DNA of 64,000 bases from positions 96,395 to 160,394 of the forward strand of contig JAGGVQ010000017.1 of the NCBI GenBank assembly GCA_021157895.1. The letters run 5' to 3'. The DNA is from Dehalococcoidia bacterium. GTDB lineage: Bacteria > Chloroflexota > Dehalococcoidia > GIF9 > AB-539-J10. The notes under the pieces are model-generated. The model saw nothing but the letters and a program-made list of their open reading frames with translations, ran no database searches and was not told the origin of the DNA. The translations under genes and the position numbers were made by a program. Shown here piece after piece: positions 28,066 through 37,520 of the stretch; position 1 is the stretch's first letter, and every line of letters starts with the position of its first letter.

Positions 28066-29115
28066 ATGATGTCTCGGCGAGTTTCGATACCAGTACGGGT
28101 TGGTTCAGTCACTATTGGGGGTGATGCTCCAGTGGTGGTGCAATCCATGACGACTACCGATACCAGGGATGTCGACGCTACCGTGAATCAAATCAAGGAG
28201 TTGGCGGAGTGTGGGTGTGAACTGGTGCGCGTGGCAGTTAAGGATAAGCAGGCCGCTGAGAGTATTTCTGCCATCCAGAGTCGTGTTTCCCTGCCTCTTA
28301 TTGCTGACATTCATTTTGATTATCGCCTGGCATTGGCGGCGCTATATGCTGGTGCTGATGGGCTTCGCCTGAATCCGGGGAATATTCGTGATAGAGAACA
28401 GGTTGCCAGAGTGGTGAATGTTGCCAGAGAGCGAGGTGTTCCTATTCGCATTGGGGTTAATGCTGGCAGCTTACCAGTGGAATTCAAGCCGGATGTTCCG
28501 CTTGCTGAGCGTATGGTTGAAGCTGCGGTGGAACAGGTTGAATTACTGGAGAGCCTGGATTTTAACCTGATCAAGATTTCTCTTAAATCCTTCGATGTTA
28601 TTGCTACTGTTCAGGCCTACCAGGATATTGCTGCTAAGGTCCCCTATCCACTTCATTTAGGTATTACCGAGGCAGGACTTCCCCGCAATGGATCTATACG
28701 CAGCTCTGTTGGGCTTGGCATACTGTTGCATCAGGGGATAGGGGATACCATTCGTGTTTCTCTCAGTGCCCACCCGTGCCTGGAGGTAGCTGTAGCCTTT
28801 GAGATATTGAAGAGTCTTGGCCTTCGCCAGCGAGGGCCAACGCTGGTTAGCTGTCCGTCTTGTGGCCGAGCTGAGATTGATGTTATTGCTCTGGCGGAAG
28901 CGACAAGCCAGTACCTGGAAAGGGTGACCGAACCAATCAAGGTAGCCGTAATGGGGTGTGTTGTTAATGGGCCTGGTGAGGCCAGGGATGCTGATGTGGG
29001 AATTGCCGGTGGCAAACATAGAGGTGTTGTATTTCGCAAGGGCGAAATAGTAGCTACTGTGCCTGAGAAGGATCTACTACAGGCTTTAATTGCAGAGATA
29101 GAGAGGGGAACTTAA
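28066..29115 (+). CDS. ispG: 4-hydroxy-3-methylbut-2-enyl diphosphate synthase
   Basis: 349 aa with a TIM-barrel part (VQSMTTTDT, RVAV) and a C-terminal Cys triad context (SCPSCGR...GCVVNGPGE). Confidence 0.92.
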   Translation: MMSRRVSIPVRVGSVTIGGDAPVVVQSMTTTDTRDVDATVNQIKELAECGCELVRVAVKDKQAAESISAIQSRVSLPLIADIHFDYRLALAALYAGADGLRLNPGNIRDREQVARVVNVARERGVPIRIGVNAGSLPVEFKPDVPLAERMVEAAVEQVELLESLDFNLIKISLKSFDVIATVQAYQDIAAKVPYPLHLGITEAGLPRNGSIRSSVGLGILLHQGIGDTIRVSLSAHPCLEVAVAFEILKSLGLRQRGPTLVSCPSCGRAEIDVIALAEATSQYLERVTEPIKVAVMGCVVNGPGEARDADVGIAGGKHRGVVFRKGEIVATVPEKDLLQALIAEIERGT

Positions 29116-30815
29116 TGCGTTTGTCCAGATTATTTGGGAAAACAGTGAGACAGGTGCCGACAGAGGCTGAGAGTATTAGCCATCAGCTATTGCTTCGAGC
29201 GGGCATGATACTTCAGGAAACGACTGGTGTTTATATTTATCTGCCTCTGGGCTGGAGAGTATTTGAGAAAATAGCCATGGTGATCAGGCAGGAGATGGAT
29301 AGAATTGGGGGACAAGAGTTAATGCTGCCAGTGCTGCAGCCTTTTGATCTGTGGGAGCGATCGGGTCGGCATGTCTCCTTCAGTTCATCTTTATTTACAG
29401 TGACAGATCGCAGGGAACGGAAACTTGTTTTGGGCCCGACCCATGAGGAAGTGATTACCGAGCTTGTTCACCGGTGTATACAGAGCTATCGTGATTTACC
29501 CTTGCTTCTTTATCAGGTGCAAACCAAATTCCGTGATGAACCTCGTCCCCGTGGAGGATTAATTCGAGTACGTGAGTTTGCTATGAAGGATATGTATAGT
29601 TTTGACGCTGATGAGGCAGGATTAGCAAAGAGTTATGAGATTGTGAGTCAGGCTTATAAAGTTATTTATACCCGCCTTGGGTTGCCAGTACGGATGGTCG
29701 AGGCTGATAGTGGTGCCATAGGAGGGAAAGACTCTCATGAGTTTATGGTAATTGCTGACAATGGAGAGGACGATATAATTTCCTGTCCTGCCTGTGGTTA
29801 TAGTGCTAATGCCGAGAAGGCGCAGAGTGCGAAGGTGGATGAGGGTGGTGGACTTCCCCTTCCGCTGGAAGAGATAGCAACTCCAGGGAAGAGGATGATA
29901 CAGGAGGTAGCCAGTTTTCTGGACATTCCTGCCTCCAGGATACTTAAGGTTGTATTTTATTCTGCTGATGGCGAGTTTACGCTGGTAGTTATTCGGGGCG
30001 ATTTAGAGGTCAATGATACCAAGCTAAGGAATATGTTGAAGTGCTCAGAGTTACGGCTGGCCACTGAAAGTGAGGTAAAAGATGCGGGAATGATAAATGG
30101 CTTTGCCTCGCCGTTAAATGTTAGGAATGTCAAGGTTGTTGCTGATGACTCGATTACATTGGGCTCTAATTTTGTTGCTGGCGCTAATAAAGAGGGATTT
30201 CACTTTAGAAATGTCAACTACCCGAGGGATTTCCATGTTGATGTTATGGGGGATGTGACATTGACCAAAGCTGGCCATACATGTCCTATGTGTGGTGATG
30301 AATTAATCGCGTATCGTGGTATTGAGGTGGGACATGTATTCAAACTAGGTACATTTTTAAGTGATAAGTTTGATGCCTCGTTTTTAGATCGAGATGGGGT
30401 ATCTAGGCCACTCGTTATGGGATGTTATGGAATGGGCCTGGGGCGTTTACTAGCGGCTATTGTAGAGCAGAGTCATGATGATAAGGGGATTATCTGGCCG
30501 GCATTGGTTGCTCCCTATCAGGTTTATCTTTGCCCTCTTTATGGATCAGACCCCAAGGTTGCCTCGCTTGCGGAGGAAATTTACGGGGAGCTACAGGCGC
30601 AGGGTATTGAAGTTCTCTTTGATGATCGCAAGGAATCTCCAGGAATTAAATTTAACGATGCTGATTTGTTGGGTATTCCATTGAGACTAACATTATCGCC
30701 ACGTACTGTTAAGAATGATAGCATAGAAGCGAAGTGGCGATGGGAGAAGCAATTCCAGATGTTGCCCTTGGAGAATTTAGCTTACAGCGTTGTACAGCTA
30801 TTTCAGAATATTTAG
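29115..30815 (+). CDS. proS: Prolyl-tRNA synthetase (bacterial type with INS editing domain)
   Basis: 566 aa with class II motifs (LYQVQTKFRDEPRPRGGLIRVREF; GIEVGHVFKLG; GCYGMGLGRL) and a central insertion domain. Confidence 0.93.
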   Translation: MRLSRLFGKTVRQVPTEAESISHQLLLRAGMILQETTGVYIYLPLGWRVFEKIAMVIRQEMDRIGGQELMLPVLQPFDLWERSGRHVSFSSSLFTVTDRRERKLVLGPTHEEVITELVHRCIQSYRDLPLLLYQVQTKFRDEPRPRGGLIRVREFAMKDMYSFDADEAGLAKSYEIVSQAYKVIYTRLGLPVRMVEADSGAIGGKDSHEFMVIADNGEDDIISCPACGYSANAEKAQSAKVDEGGGLPLPLEEIATPGKRMIQEVASFLDIPASRILKVVFYSADGEFTLVVIRGDLEVNDTKLRNMLKCSELRLATESEVKDAGMINGFASPLNVRNVKVVADDSITLGSNFVAGANKEGFHFRNVNYPRDFHVDVMGDVTLTKAGHTCPMCGDELIAYRGIEVGHVFKLGTFLSDKFDASFLDRDGVSRPLVMGCYGMGLGRLLAAIVEQSHDDKGIIWPALVAPYQVYLCPLYGSDPKVASLAEEIYGELQAQGIEVLFDDRKESPGIKFNDADLLGIPLRLTLSPRTVKNDSIEAKWRWEKQFQMLPLENLAYSVVQLFQNI

Positions 30816-30926
30816 CTTGGTTTAGATTAGTTAATACCAGATTTTGGTACCATTCAATGGATTCTTCAGATAGCTGCTATGAATCTGTGTTTATCACGCA
30901 TGCTGGTTAAGTTCCCGAGGTAAAAA

Positions 30927-33350
30927 TCAGCTTCTCAATTTTGCTCCCAGTTCCTGGTCTAGCTGGTGTAGTATTTGCTGTTCAATTTGATTGGCCTCAG
31001 CATCGGTCAAGGTCCGATCAGCAGATTGATATACAATTCTCAGGGCAAGGGATTTTTTGCCTTGTGGTATTTGTTTTCCCTCATATATATCGAATAGAGT
31101 TACTGTTGTTACGAGAGGAAAACCGCGAATTATTTTATCTGCCCTCTGGTAATCTATGTCCTTGTCTATGACCAGCGCTAGATCTCTGGTGATACTAGGA
31201 AAGCGGAATATGGAATTGTAGGCTGCTGCTGAGGTTTTTTTGTCCAGCAACTTATCGATATCAATTTCAGCAAGACAAGCAGAAGAGGAAAGGTCAAATT
31301 CTTGTGTCACCCGGGGATGCAAATCTCCGATAATTCCTATTTTGTCACCATTAACTATTATGCTAGCGCTTCTGCCCGGAAACAGGTTTTTATCTTTGCA
31401 AGGCTCGAAACTTGCGTGCAGTTTTAGTTGAGACAGAAGGTTTTCTACTATGCCTTTAGCATCGAAGAAGTCCAGCATCCCGGAGTTATTATGCCATGAC
31501 AATTCCTGTCTTGGGCCACTGAGTCCAAAACAGAGCATTTCTTTCTCTTCTGGTAGTGATTTGGAGTCAGGGGCAGTAGCATCAGCGTGTGGCAAGAATA
31601 TCTTACCGATCTCGAATATTCTTATACCAGATTCGTAGTTTTTTTGGTTGTATGCCATTGTGCTCAATAAGCCAGGTTGCAGGGAAGTACGCAGGTACTC
31701 CTGTTCTCTGCTCATGGGATTGGCTATCTTCATGGGGGCAACATCTTGTTCCAGTGAAGGAGAGAGTTTTTCTATTTTCTCACGGCTGATCAGTGAATAT
31801 GTCAGAATCTCGTGACAGCCGCAACTTGTCATAATACTACGTAACTTTTGTTTTAGGTTGAGCATCTCGGAAGTTTCACGCCGAGGCAGGGAGGAGCTCA
31901 GGCTTGCCCTGGGAATTTTGTCGTAGCCGATAATGCGCAGGATCTCCTCGATAATGTCAGCCACACAATTTATATCGCTACGCCAGTAAGGGGTGGTGAT
32001 AAGAATACGAGAGTTCGCTGTGTTTTTCTGGCATTCAAAACCTAGAGATCTGAGGGCTTTGAGCATTTCTTTGGGAGCGACCTCGAAACCGCCAATCCTC
32101 TTTAGTTCTTGAGGGGAGATAGACAAACAATTGGGCATTACTTTTTCTGGTTGGATATCAATGATGCCTTTATGCGCTTTTCCTCCAGCCAGATTTACCA
32201 GAAGCTGTATAGCTCGTTGTAGTGCTATCAGTGGAAGTCCGGGACTTAATCCTTTGTCAAAACGGGTTGAGGCCTCGCTCTGCAGGTTAAGTTGAGTGCA
32301 GCCCTGGCGAATGATGGCACGATTGAAATTTGCTGATTCTAGCAATATAGAAGTGCTTTTTTCTGTTATTTCGGTTCTCAGGCCGCCCATGATTCCGCCA
32401 ATGGCAATGGGTCCCTCGCTGTCCGCGATAACAAGTATGTTGGGGGTAAGTGTGTGTTCTGCTCCATCCAATGTTGTTAACGCTTCTTTGTCTTTAGCCC
32501 GGCGAATGATGATTTGCTTACCACTAATTTTGTGGTAATCAAATGTGTGTAGAGGTTGTCCGTACTCCAACATTACGTAGTTGCTAATGTCAACAATGTT
32601 GTTGATTGGCTTCATGCCGTAGCTAGCTAGGCGTTGCTGTAACCAGTCAGGGGAAGGGCCTATGGTGATATCTGTTACCAAACTAGCACAGTATCTGGGG
32701 CAAAGGGTTGGATCTTCGATATCTATGGAAATAAATGAATTTATATCAGGATCGGTTTCCTTATAGTGAACTTCGGGTAAATGAAGCTTCTCTCCAGTGA
32801 GGGCAGCAATTTCTCTGGCTATTCCAATCATAGATAGGCAATCAGAGCGATTCGGGGTGACATCCAAATCTAAAATTGTATTACCCAGATAGGTACTGAG
32901 TGGGGTCCCAATGGGGGCATCTGGGGGGAGTATCATGATACCCTCATGTTGGTCAGAAATGCCCAGTTCCTTCTCGGAGCATACCATGCCATTGGAGGCG
33001 ACACCGCGAATTTTGGCTGGCTTTAGCATGACAAGTTTCCCTGTATGAGCATCTACCAATTGAGCTCCTGCTTTGGCAAAAGGAACCTTCTGTCCAGTAG
33101 AAATGTTAGGGGCACCACAAACGACGCTTACCTGCTCGTCGCCCAAGTTAATAGTGGCAAGTTTTAACCGATCAGCGTGTGGGTGAAGCTGTATATCAGT
33201 TACCTCTCCTATGAAAATGTCTGCCCATTTTCCGCTTGAGGGGTCGATATTCTGTGTCTCGATTCCTGCCATAGTTAGTTTATTTGCTATTACCTGAGGC
33301 GCTAGCTTGATGTCTACATATTGGTTAAGCCACTTTATTGGAGCCTTCAT
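30927..33350 (-). CDS. pheT: Phenylalanyl-tRNA synthetase beta subunit
   Basis: 807 aa with an N-terminal tRNA-binding OB domain, B3/4 and B5 regions, and a C-terminal FDX-ACB domain. It lies downstream of pheS. Confidence 0.93.
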   Translation of the reverse strand: MKAPIKWLNQYVDIKLAPQVIANKLTMAGIETQNIDPSSGKWADIFIGEVTDIQLHPHADRLKLATINLGDEQVSVVCGAPNISTGQKVPFAKAGAQLVDAHTGKLVMLKPAKIRGVASNGMVCSEKELGISDQHEGIMILPPDAPIGTPLSTYLGNTILDLDVTPNRSDCLSMIGIAREIAALTGEKLHLPEVHYKETDPDINSFISIDIEDPTLCPRYCASLVTDITIGPSPDWLQQRLASYGMKPINNIVDISNYVMLEYGQPLHTFDYHKISGKQIIIRRAKDKEALTTLDGAEHTLTPNILVIADSEGPIAIGGIMGGLRTEITEKSTSILLESANFNRAIIRQGCTQLNLQSEASTRFDKGLSPGLPLIALQRAIQLLVNLAGGKAHKGIIDIQPEKVMPNCLSISPQELKRIGGFEVAPKEMLKALRSLGFECQKNTANSRILITTPYWRSDINCVADIIEEILRIIGYDKIPRASLSSSLPRRETSEMLNLKQKLRSIMTSCGCHEILTYSLISREKIEKLSPSLEQDVAPMKIANPMSREQEYLRTSLQPGLLSTMAYNQKNYESGIRIFEIGKIFLPHADATAPDSKSLPEEKEMLCFGLSGPRQELSWHNNSGMLDFFDAKGIVENLLSQLKLHASFEPCKDKNLFPGRSASIIVNGDKIGIIGDLHPRVTQEFDLSSSACLAEIDIDKLLDKKTSAAAYNSIFRFPSITRDLALVIDKDIDYQRADKIIRGFPLVTTVTLFDIYEGKQIPQGKKSLALRIVYQSADRTLTDAEANQIEQQILHQLDQELGAKLRS

Positions 33351-33371
33351 TTTACTTATCTATTTAGATAC

Positions 33372-34403
33372 CTAGAATTGTTGTAGAAACCGGAGATCAT
33401 TACGGTAGAACAAGCGAATGTCATCAACGCCGTATCGGAGCATGGGTATACGCTCAATACCTAACCCGAAGGCGAAACCGCTGTAAATATCGGGATTGAT
33501 ATTTGCCCGTCTGAGCACATCAGGATGCACCATACCTGCTCCCAGGATCTCAAGCCAGCCACTATAATTACATATGCGGCAACCAGAGCCGTGGCAGGAC
33601 AAGCACTCGATAGCTACCTCTACTCCTGGTTCCACAAAAGGAAAGTAGTCACACCTGAAACGTATCCTTATCTCTTTGCCAAAGAGGCTATAACATAGCT
33701 CGAATAATGTATCCTTTAAGTTGGCCATGGTTACATTTTTATCTATGGCCAGGCCCTCTATTTGATAGAACATAGATTCGTGGGTCGCATCTGTCGCTTC
33801 GTATCTATATACTCGCCCGGGAGCTATCACCCGTATTGGCGGACGAGTTTTTTCCATGACTCTAATTTGTGTTGGCGAGGTATGAGTACGTAAGAGTCGG
33901 GAATCTTTTCCTGAAGTATCTATCCATAGACTGGCGAACATGTCTCGCGCTGGATGCCACTGGGGGATATTTAAGGCTTCAAAATTATAATAGTCCCATT
34001 CAACGTCAGGCCCCTCGACAATCTGGAAACCCATATTACGCAGTATGTCGGAAATCTCCTCTAATGTTTGAGTTATGGGATGGATATGCCCACTGGAGAC
34101 GGGTCGGCCAGGTAAGGTAACGTCCAGCTTATCTTGTTGCAGGGAAGACAAAAGCGAAGCTTCTTGAAGGGTATTTCTCTTTTCTGCCAAGCTTGATTCT
34201 AAGGCCATTTTAACCTTATTAGCTTGGGCTCCTACCTCTCTGCGTTCCTCGATGGGCAGCTTGGCTAGAGAATGTAATATCTGCGCTAGTTTGCTTTTCT
34301 TACCCAGGAAGCGTATTTTCCACGAGTCAAGATCCTTGATGTTATTGATCTTGACCAGTTCTTCTACTGCTTCGGCACGAAGATCTACAAGCCGTTTCGC
34401 CAT
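33372..34403 (-). CDS. pheS: Phenylalanyl-tRNA synthetase alpha subunit
   Basis: 343 aa with an N-terminal coiled coil and class II motifs (HPARDMF, RTHTSPTQ, GFAFGLGIERI). Its start shares 1 nt with the rplT stop (TAATG). Confidence 0.93.
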   Translation of the reverse strand: MAKRLVDLRAEAVEELVKINNIKDLDSWKIRFLGKKSKLAQILHSLAKLPIEERREVGAQANKVKMALESSLAEKRNTLQEASLLSSLQQDKLDVTLPGRPVSSGHIHPITQTLEEISDILRNMGFQIVEGPDVEWDYYNFEALNIPQWHPARDMFASLWIDTSGKDSRLLRTHTSPTQIRVMEKTRPPIRVIAPGRVYRYEATDATHESMFYQIEGLAIDKNVTMANLKDTLFELCYSLFGKEIRIRFRCDYFPFVEPGVEVAIECLSCHGSGCRICNYSGWLEILGAGMVHPDVLRRANINPDIYSGFAFGLGIERIPMLRYGVDDIRLFYRNDLRFLQQF

Positions 34404-34762
34404 TACTCTCTTTTTGAGGAAACAAGATCAACTAATTGAGCAAAACTATTGGAGTCTGTGACTGCCATTTCAGCTAACATCTTGCGGTTAATTTCCAAAT
34501 TTGAACGTTTTAAGCAAGCTATGAACTGGCTGTAGGATAAGGCTCCCTGAGAATGAAGGGCGGCATTAATCCTGAGAATCCATAGCCTTCTAATATCACT
34601 TTTGCGCTCGCGGCGATGGCGGTAGGCATAGTCTAGCGAGTGGAGCATGGATTCATGGGCAACCCTGTAGTGTAAACGCCTTGATGCCCTGTGTCCCTTG
34701 GTTAGTTGAAGCACCTCTTTGTGGCGTTGATGAGTTATTTTTCCACTCCTAGCACGTGGCAT
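34403..34762 (-). CDS. rplT: 50S ribosomal protein L20
   Basis: 119 aa. MPRARSG...RHKEVL, RRERKSDIRRLWI.RINAA and NRKMLAEMAV are typical of L20. Confidence 0.95.
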   Translation of the reverse strand: MPRARSGKITHQRHKEVLQLTKGHRASRRLHYRVAHESMLHSLDYAYRHRRERKSDIRRLWILRINAALHSQGALSYSQFIACLKRSNLEINRKMLAEMAVTDSNSFAQLVDLVSSKRE

Positions 34763-34798
34763 AGTATCCTCCTTTAATTCTGCAATTATCGCAATCGT

Positions 34799-34999
34799 TT
34801 ACAGATTGTATGGTATAAGTTTCCTAATCCTCTTTTTGTCCGCTGTTGATGCTGGTATTAGTTCACCGTAAAGACGCTTGGTTCTGGCAGCCTTTTTCCT
34901 GCGCAAGTGACTTTTACCGCATTTAGTGCGTAGCAGTTTGCCGCTGCCTGTTATGCTAAAGCGGCTTTTTGCTCCCTTGTGTGTCTTGAGCTTTGGCAT
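34799..34999 (-). CDS. rpmI: 50S ribosomal protein L35
   Basis: 66 aa. MPKLKTHKGAKSRF..TGSGKL is typical of L35. AGAGGTGA lies 6 nt upstream of the ATG. Confidence 0.93.
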   Translation of the reverse strand: MPKLKTHKGAKSRFSITGSGKLLRTKCGKSHLRRKKAARTKRLYGELIPASTADKKRIRKLIPYNL

Positions 35000-35534
35000 T
35001 TGTTTTCACCTCTTTGGGCTTTCTATTAGATTTGGGAGAGAGAGTTAGAGATAAAGTTCTCCTATCTTTGGTTGGGGTACTTATACCTGTAGCTATATCG
35101 TCCAATGATTCAGTTACCTTACGTAGCACTTTTAAGCCCAGCTCCGGATATACTATCTCACGCCCCCTGAAACGCACTACCAATCTGAGCTTATTGCCAT
35201 CCTCCAAAAACCGCCGGGCCATTTTAAGTTTTGCCTGTAGGTCGTGCTCTTCAATTTTTGGTCTCAAACGCAGTTCTTTAAGCAGCCCAGTTTTTTGTCC
35301 TCTTTTAGCCTTTCTGTCTTTTTTTGTTTGCTCATATCTGTATTTGCCATAATCCAGAACCCGACAGACAGGGGGGGTAGCTGCAGGAGACACTTCTACT
35401 AGATCCATCTCAGCTTCTTTGGCAACTTGCAATGCTCGTGGGAAAGACAATATACCCAACTGCTCCCCGTCTTTTCCTATAAGACGAACCTCCCTAGCTT
35501 GGATTCTGTAATTTACTGCTAGTTGTTTAACTAT
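34956..35534 (-). CDS. infC: Translation initiation factor IF-3, probable AUA start
   Basis: The track ORF starts at TTG 35459, but the frame stays open upstream to 35540 and encodes the conserved IF3 N-terminus (NYRIQAREVRLIGKDGEQLGI). An in-frame ATA at 35534 has AGGTGA (35546..35541) 6 nt upstream. No ATG, GTG or ATT is available in that stretch. Confidence 0.8.
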   Translation of the reverse strand: MVKQLAVNYRIQAREVRLIGKDGEQLGILSFPRALQVAKEAEMDLVEVSPAATPPVCRVLDYGKYRYEQTKKDRKAKRGQKTGLLKELRLRPKIEEHDLQAKLKMARRFLEDGNKLRLVVRFRGREIVYPELGLKVLRKVTESLDDIATGISTPTKDRRTLSLTLSPKSNRKPKEVKTNAKAQDTQGSKKPL

Positions 35535-35553
35535 GCCCGTTCACCTGCTAGAA

Positions 35554-37302
35554 TCAAGATTTAGTTTTCACTGCTGCCTGGATTGTGGTTATCACTTGCG
35601 ATAGGCTCTGTGAACTTGATGATTTACCATTTCTCAGTCGCAGTGATATTGTATCAGAATTCATCTCTTTATCTCCGATAATTATCATATATGGGACTTT
35701 TTGGAATTGAGCTTCTCGTATTTTTAGGTTCATTCTTTCTGAGCTGTCATCAAGCTGAGTTCGAAAGTTCTCGTCTTGCAGCACTTTTTCTATCTGGCGA
35801 GCATAATCGATGTGGCGATCTGCTATGGGGATGATGGTTACCTGCACTGGTGCTAGCCACACAGGGAAAGCGCCCCCGTAATGTTCGGTTAGACAAGCTA
35901 GAAAGCGTTCCATGCTACCCAGAACTGTACGATGTATCATTGTAGTTTGATGCTCCATGCCATCATCGCCAATATAGGTAACATTGAAGCGCTGGGGCAA
36001 GTTGAAATCAACTTGGATTGTAGGGCCTTGCCATGCATGCCCCAAGGCATCCTTGAGCTTGATATCGATCTTGGGCCCGTAGAATACCCCTTCACCGGGA
36101 TCTTCCCTATAGTTCAATCCCAGGGTTTCTAGAACCTGGATGAGTGAATTTGTTGCCCTGTTCCACATTTCGAGAGTGCCGGCGTATTTCTCGGGACGTG
36201 TTGATAACAATAATTCATATTCGCTGAACCCAAAGCTGGACATCATAAACTGGGCTAACTTTACTACATTTGTTACCTCTGCCTCAATCTGGTCTGAACG
36301 ACAGAATATATGCGCATCATCCTGAGTAAATCCGCGCACCCTAGCTAATCCATGAAGTACGCCGCTTCGTTCATATCTGTATACTGTACCAAGCTCAGCG
36401 TATCGCAGCGGCAAGTTTCTATAACTTCGCAGCTGACTTTTGTATATCAAGATGTGTGCCAGGCAATTCATTGGTTTGAGTAGATATTCTTGACCCTCAA
36501 TGACCATAGGGGGGTACAGGTAATCATGATAAAAATCCCAGTGACCGCTGGTTTTCCATAGCTCCTGCTTGGCAATGTGTGGCGTGTATACCAGATCATA
36601 ACCTCTCTTGCTATGCTCCTCTTTCCAAAAATCCTCAATTACCTGGCGGATTCGAGTTCCTTTGGGATGCCAGCAGATGAGCCCAGGGCCAATTTCCTCA
36701 TGAATACTGAAAAGATCAAGTTCCTTGCCCAGCTTGCGATGGTCTCTCTTAGCTGATTCTACTTGGAGAGCTATGTAGTTATCCAAATCTGCTTGGCTTT
36801 CGAAAGCCAGGCCATAGATTCTTTGTAGCATGGGGCGGCTTTCGTCTCCACGCCAATAAGCTCCTGCTATGCGAACCAGCTTAAACGCCTTTACGTTTGC
36901 CGTAGATGGTACATGAGGGCCCCGACATAGATCAATGAAGTCTCCTTGGCGGTAGGTGCTAACCATTGGCCCTGGCAGATCGCTGATTAATTCTAGTTTG
37001 TATGGTTGGTCAGCGAATGTTTGGCGCGCTTTTTCCTTGGAGATCTCCTCCCTGATGAAAGGAAGATTGGCAACAATAATCTCCTTCATCTTAGCTTCAA
37101 TAGCAGGTAGATTTTCCAATGTCAATGGTTGAGGTAACTCGAAGTCATAGTAGAAACCATCTTCTATGGGGGGACCTATACCGAATTTGGTGCCAGGAAA
37201 GAGTGATTGTACAGCCTGAGCCATTATGTGAGCAAGAGAGTGACGCATGGTAGTCAGCGTCTCTTTAGTATCTATTGTGCTGTCGGCGTTAGTGTCAATC
37301 AT
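35554..37302 (-). CDS. thrS: Threonyl-tRNA synthetase (lacks N-terminal TGS domain)
   Basis: 582 aa. It begins about 18 aa before the editing-domain HSLAH motif. It has a class II catalytic core and an anticodon-binding domain. It is about 60 aa shorter than the E. coli enzyme, consistent with an absent TGS domain. Confidence 0.93.
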   Translation of the reverse strand: MIDTNADSTIDTKETLTTMRHSLAHIMAQAVQSLFPGTKFGIGPPIEDGFYYDFELPQPLTLENLPAIEAKMKEIIVANLPFIREEISKEKARQTFADQPYKLELISDLPGPMVSTYRQGDFIDLCRGPHVPSTANVKAFKLVRIAGAYWRGDESRPMLQRIYGLAFESQADLDNYIALQVESAKRDHRKLGKELDLFSIHEEIGPGLICWHPKGTRIRQVIEDFWKEEHSKRGYDLVYTPHIAKQELWKTSGHWDFYHDYLYPPMVIEGQEYLLKPMNCLAHILIYKSQLRSYRNLPLRYAELGTVYRYERSGVLHGLARVRGFTQDDAHIFCRSDQIEAEVTNVVKLAQFMMSSFGFSEYELLLSTRPEKYAGTLEMWNRATNSLIQVLETLGLNYREDPGEGVFYGPKIDIKLKDALGHAWQGPTIQVDFNLPQRFNVTYIGDDGMEHQTTMIHRTVLGSMERFLACLTEHYGGAFPVWLAPVQVTIIPIADRHIDYARQIEKVLQDENFRTQLDDSSERMNLKIREAQFQKVPYMIIIGDKEMNSDTISLRLRNGKSSSSQSLSQVITTIQAAVKTKS

Positions 37303-37380
37303 TTTTGTGTACGCTAGTCAATGCTATTTTTGTAGTCTCTCACCTAAATGCAACTTATCCTTTTTATCCTCGCTGGATAG

Positions 37381-37456
37381 TGGTGGGCGGTACTGGATTT
37401 GAACCAGTGACCTCTGCGATGTCAACGCAGCGCTCTAACCACTGGGCTAACCGCCC
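37381..37456 (-). tRNA. tRNA-Val (GAC), CCA encoded
   Basis: Hand-folded 76-nt cloverleaf: GGGCGGT TA GCCC AGTGGTTA GAGC G CTGCG TTGACAT CGCAG AGGTC ACTGG TTCAAAT CCAGT ACCGCCC A CCA. Confidence 0.9.
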
Positions 37457-37520
37457 ACGTGTGGCCAATTATAACAAATTCCCCCACAAGACACGAACGA
37501 GTAAAGGGAAATGATATAAC

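Noticed and set aside
37305-37514. A 69-aa plus-strand ORF between thrS and hbd.
   Set aside because: It is almost entirely the complement of tRNA-Val (37381..37456) and its flanks. It has no SD.
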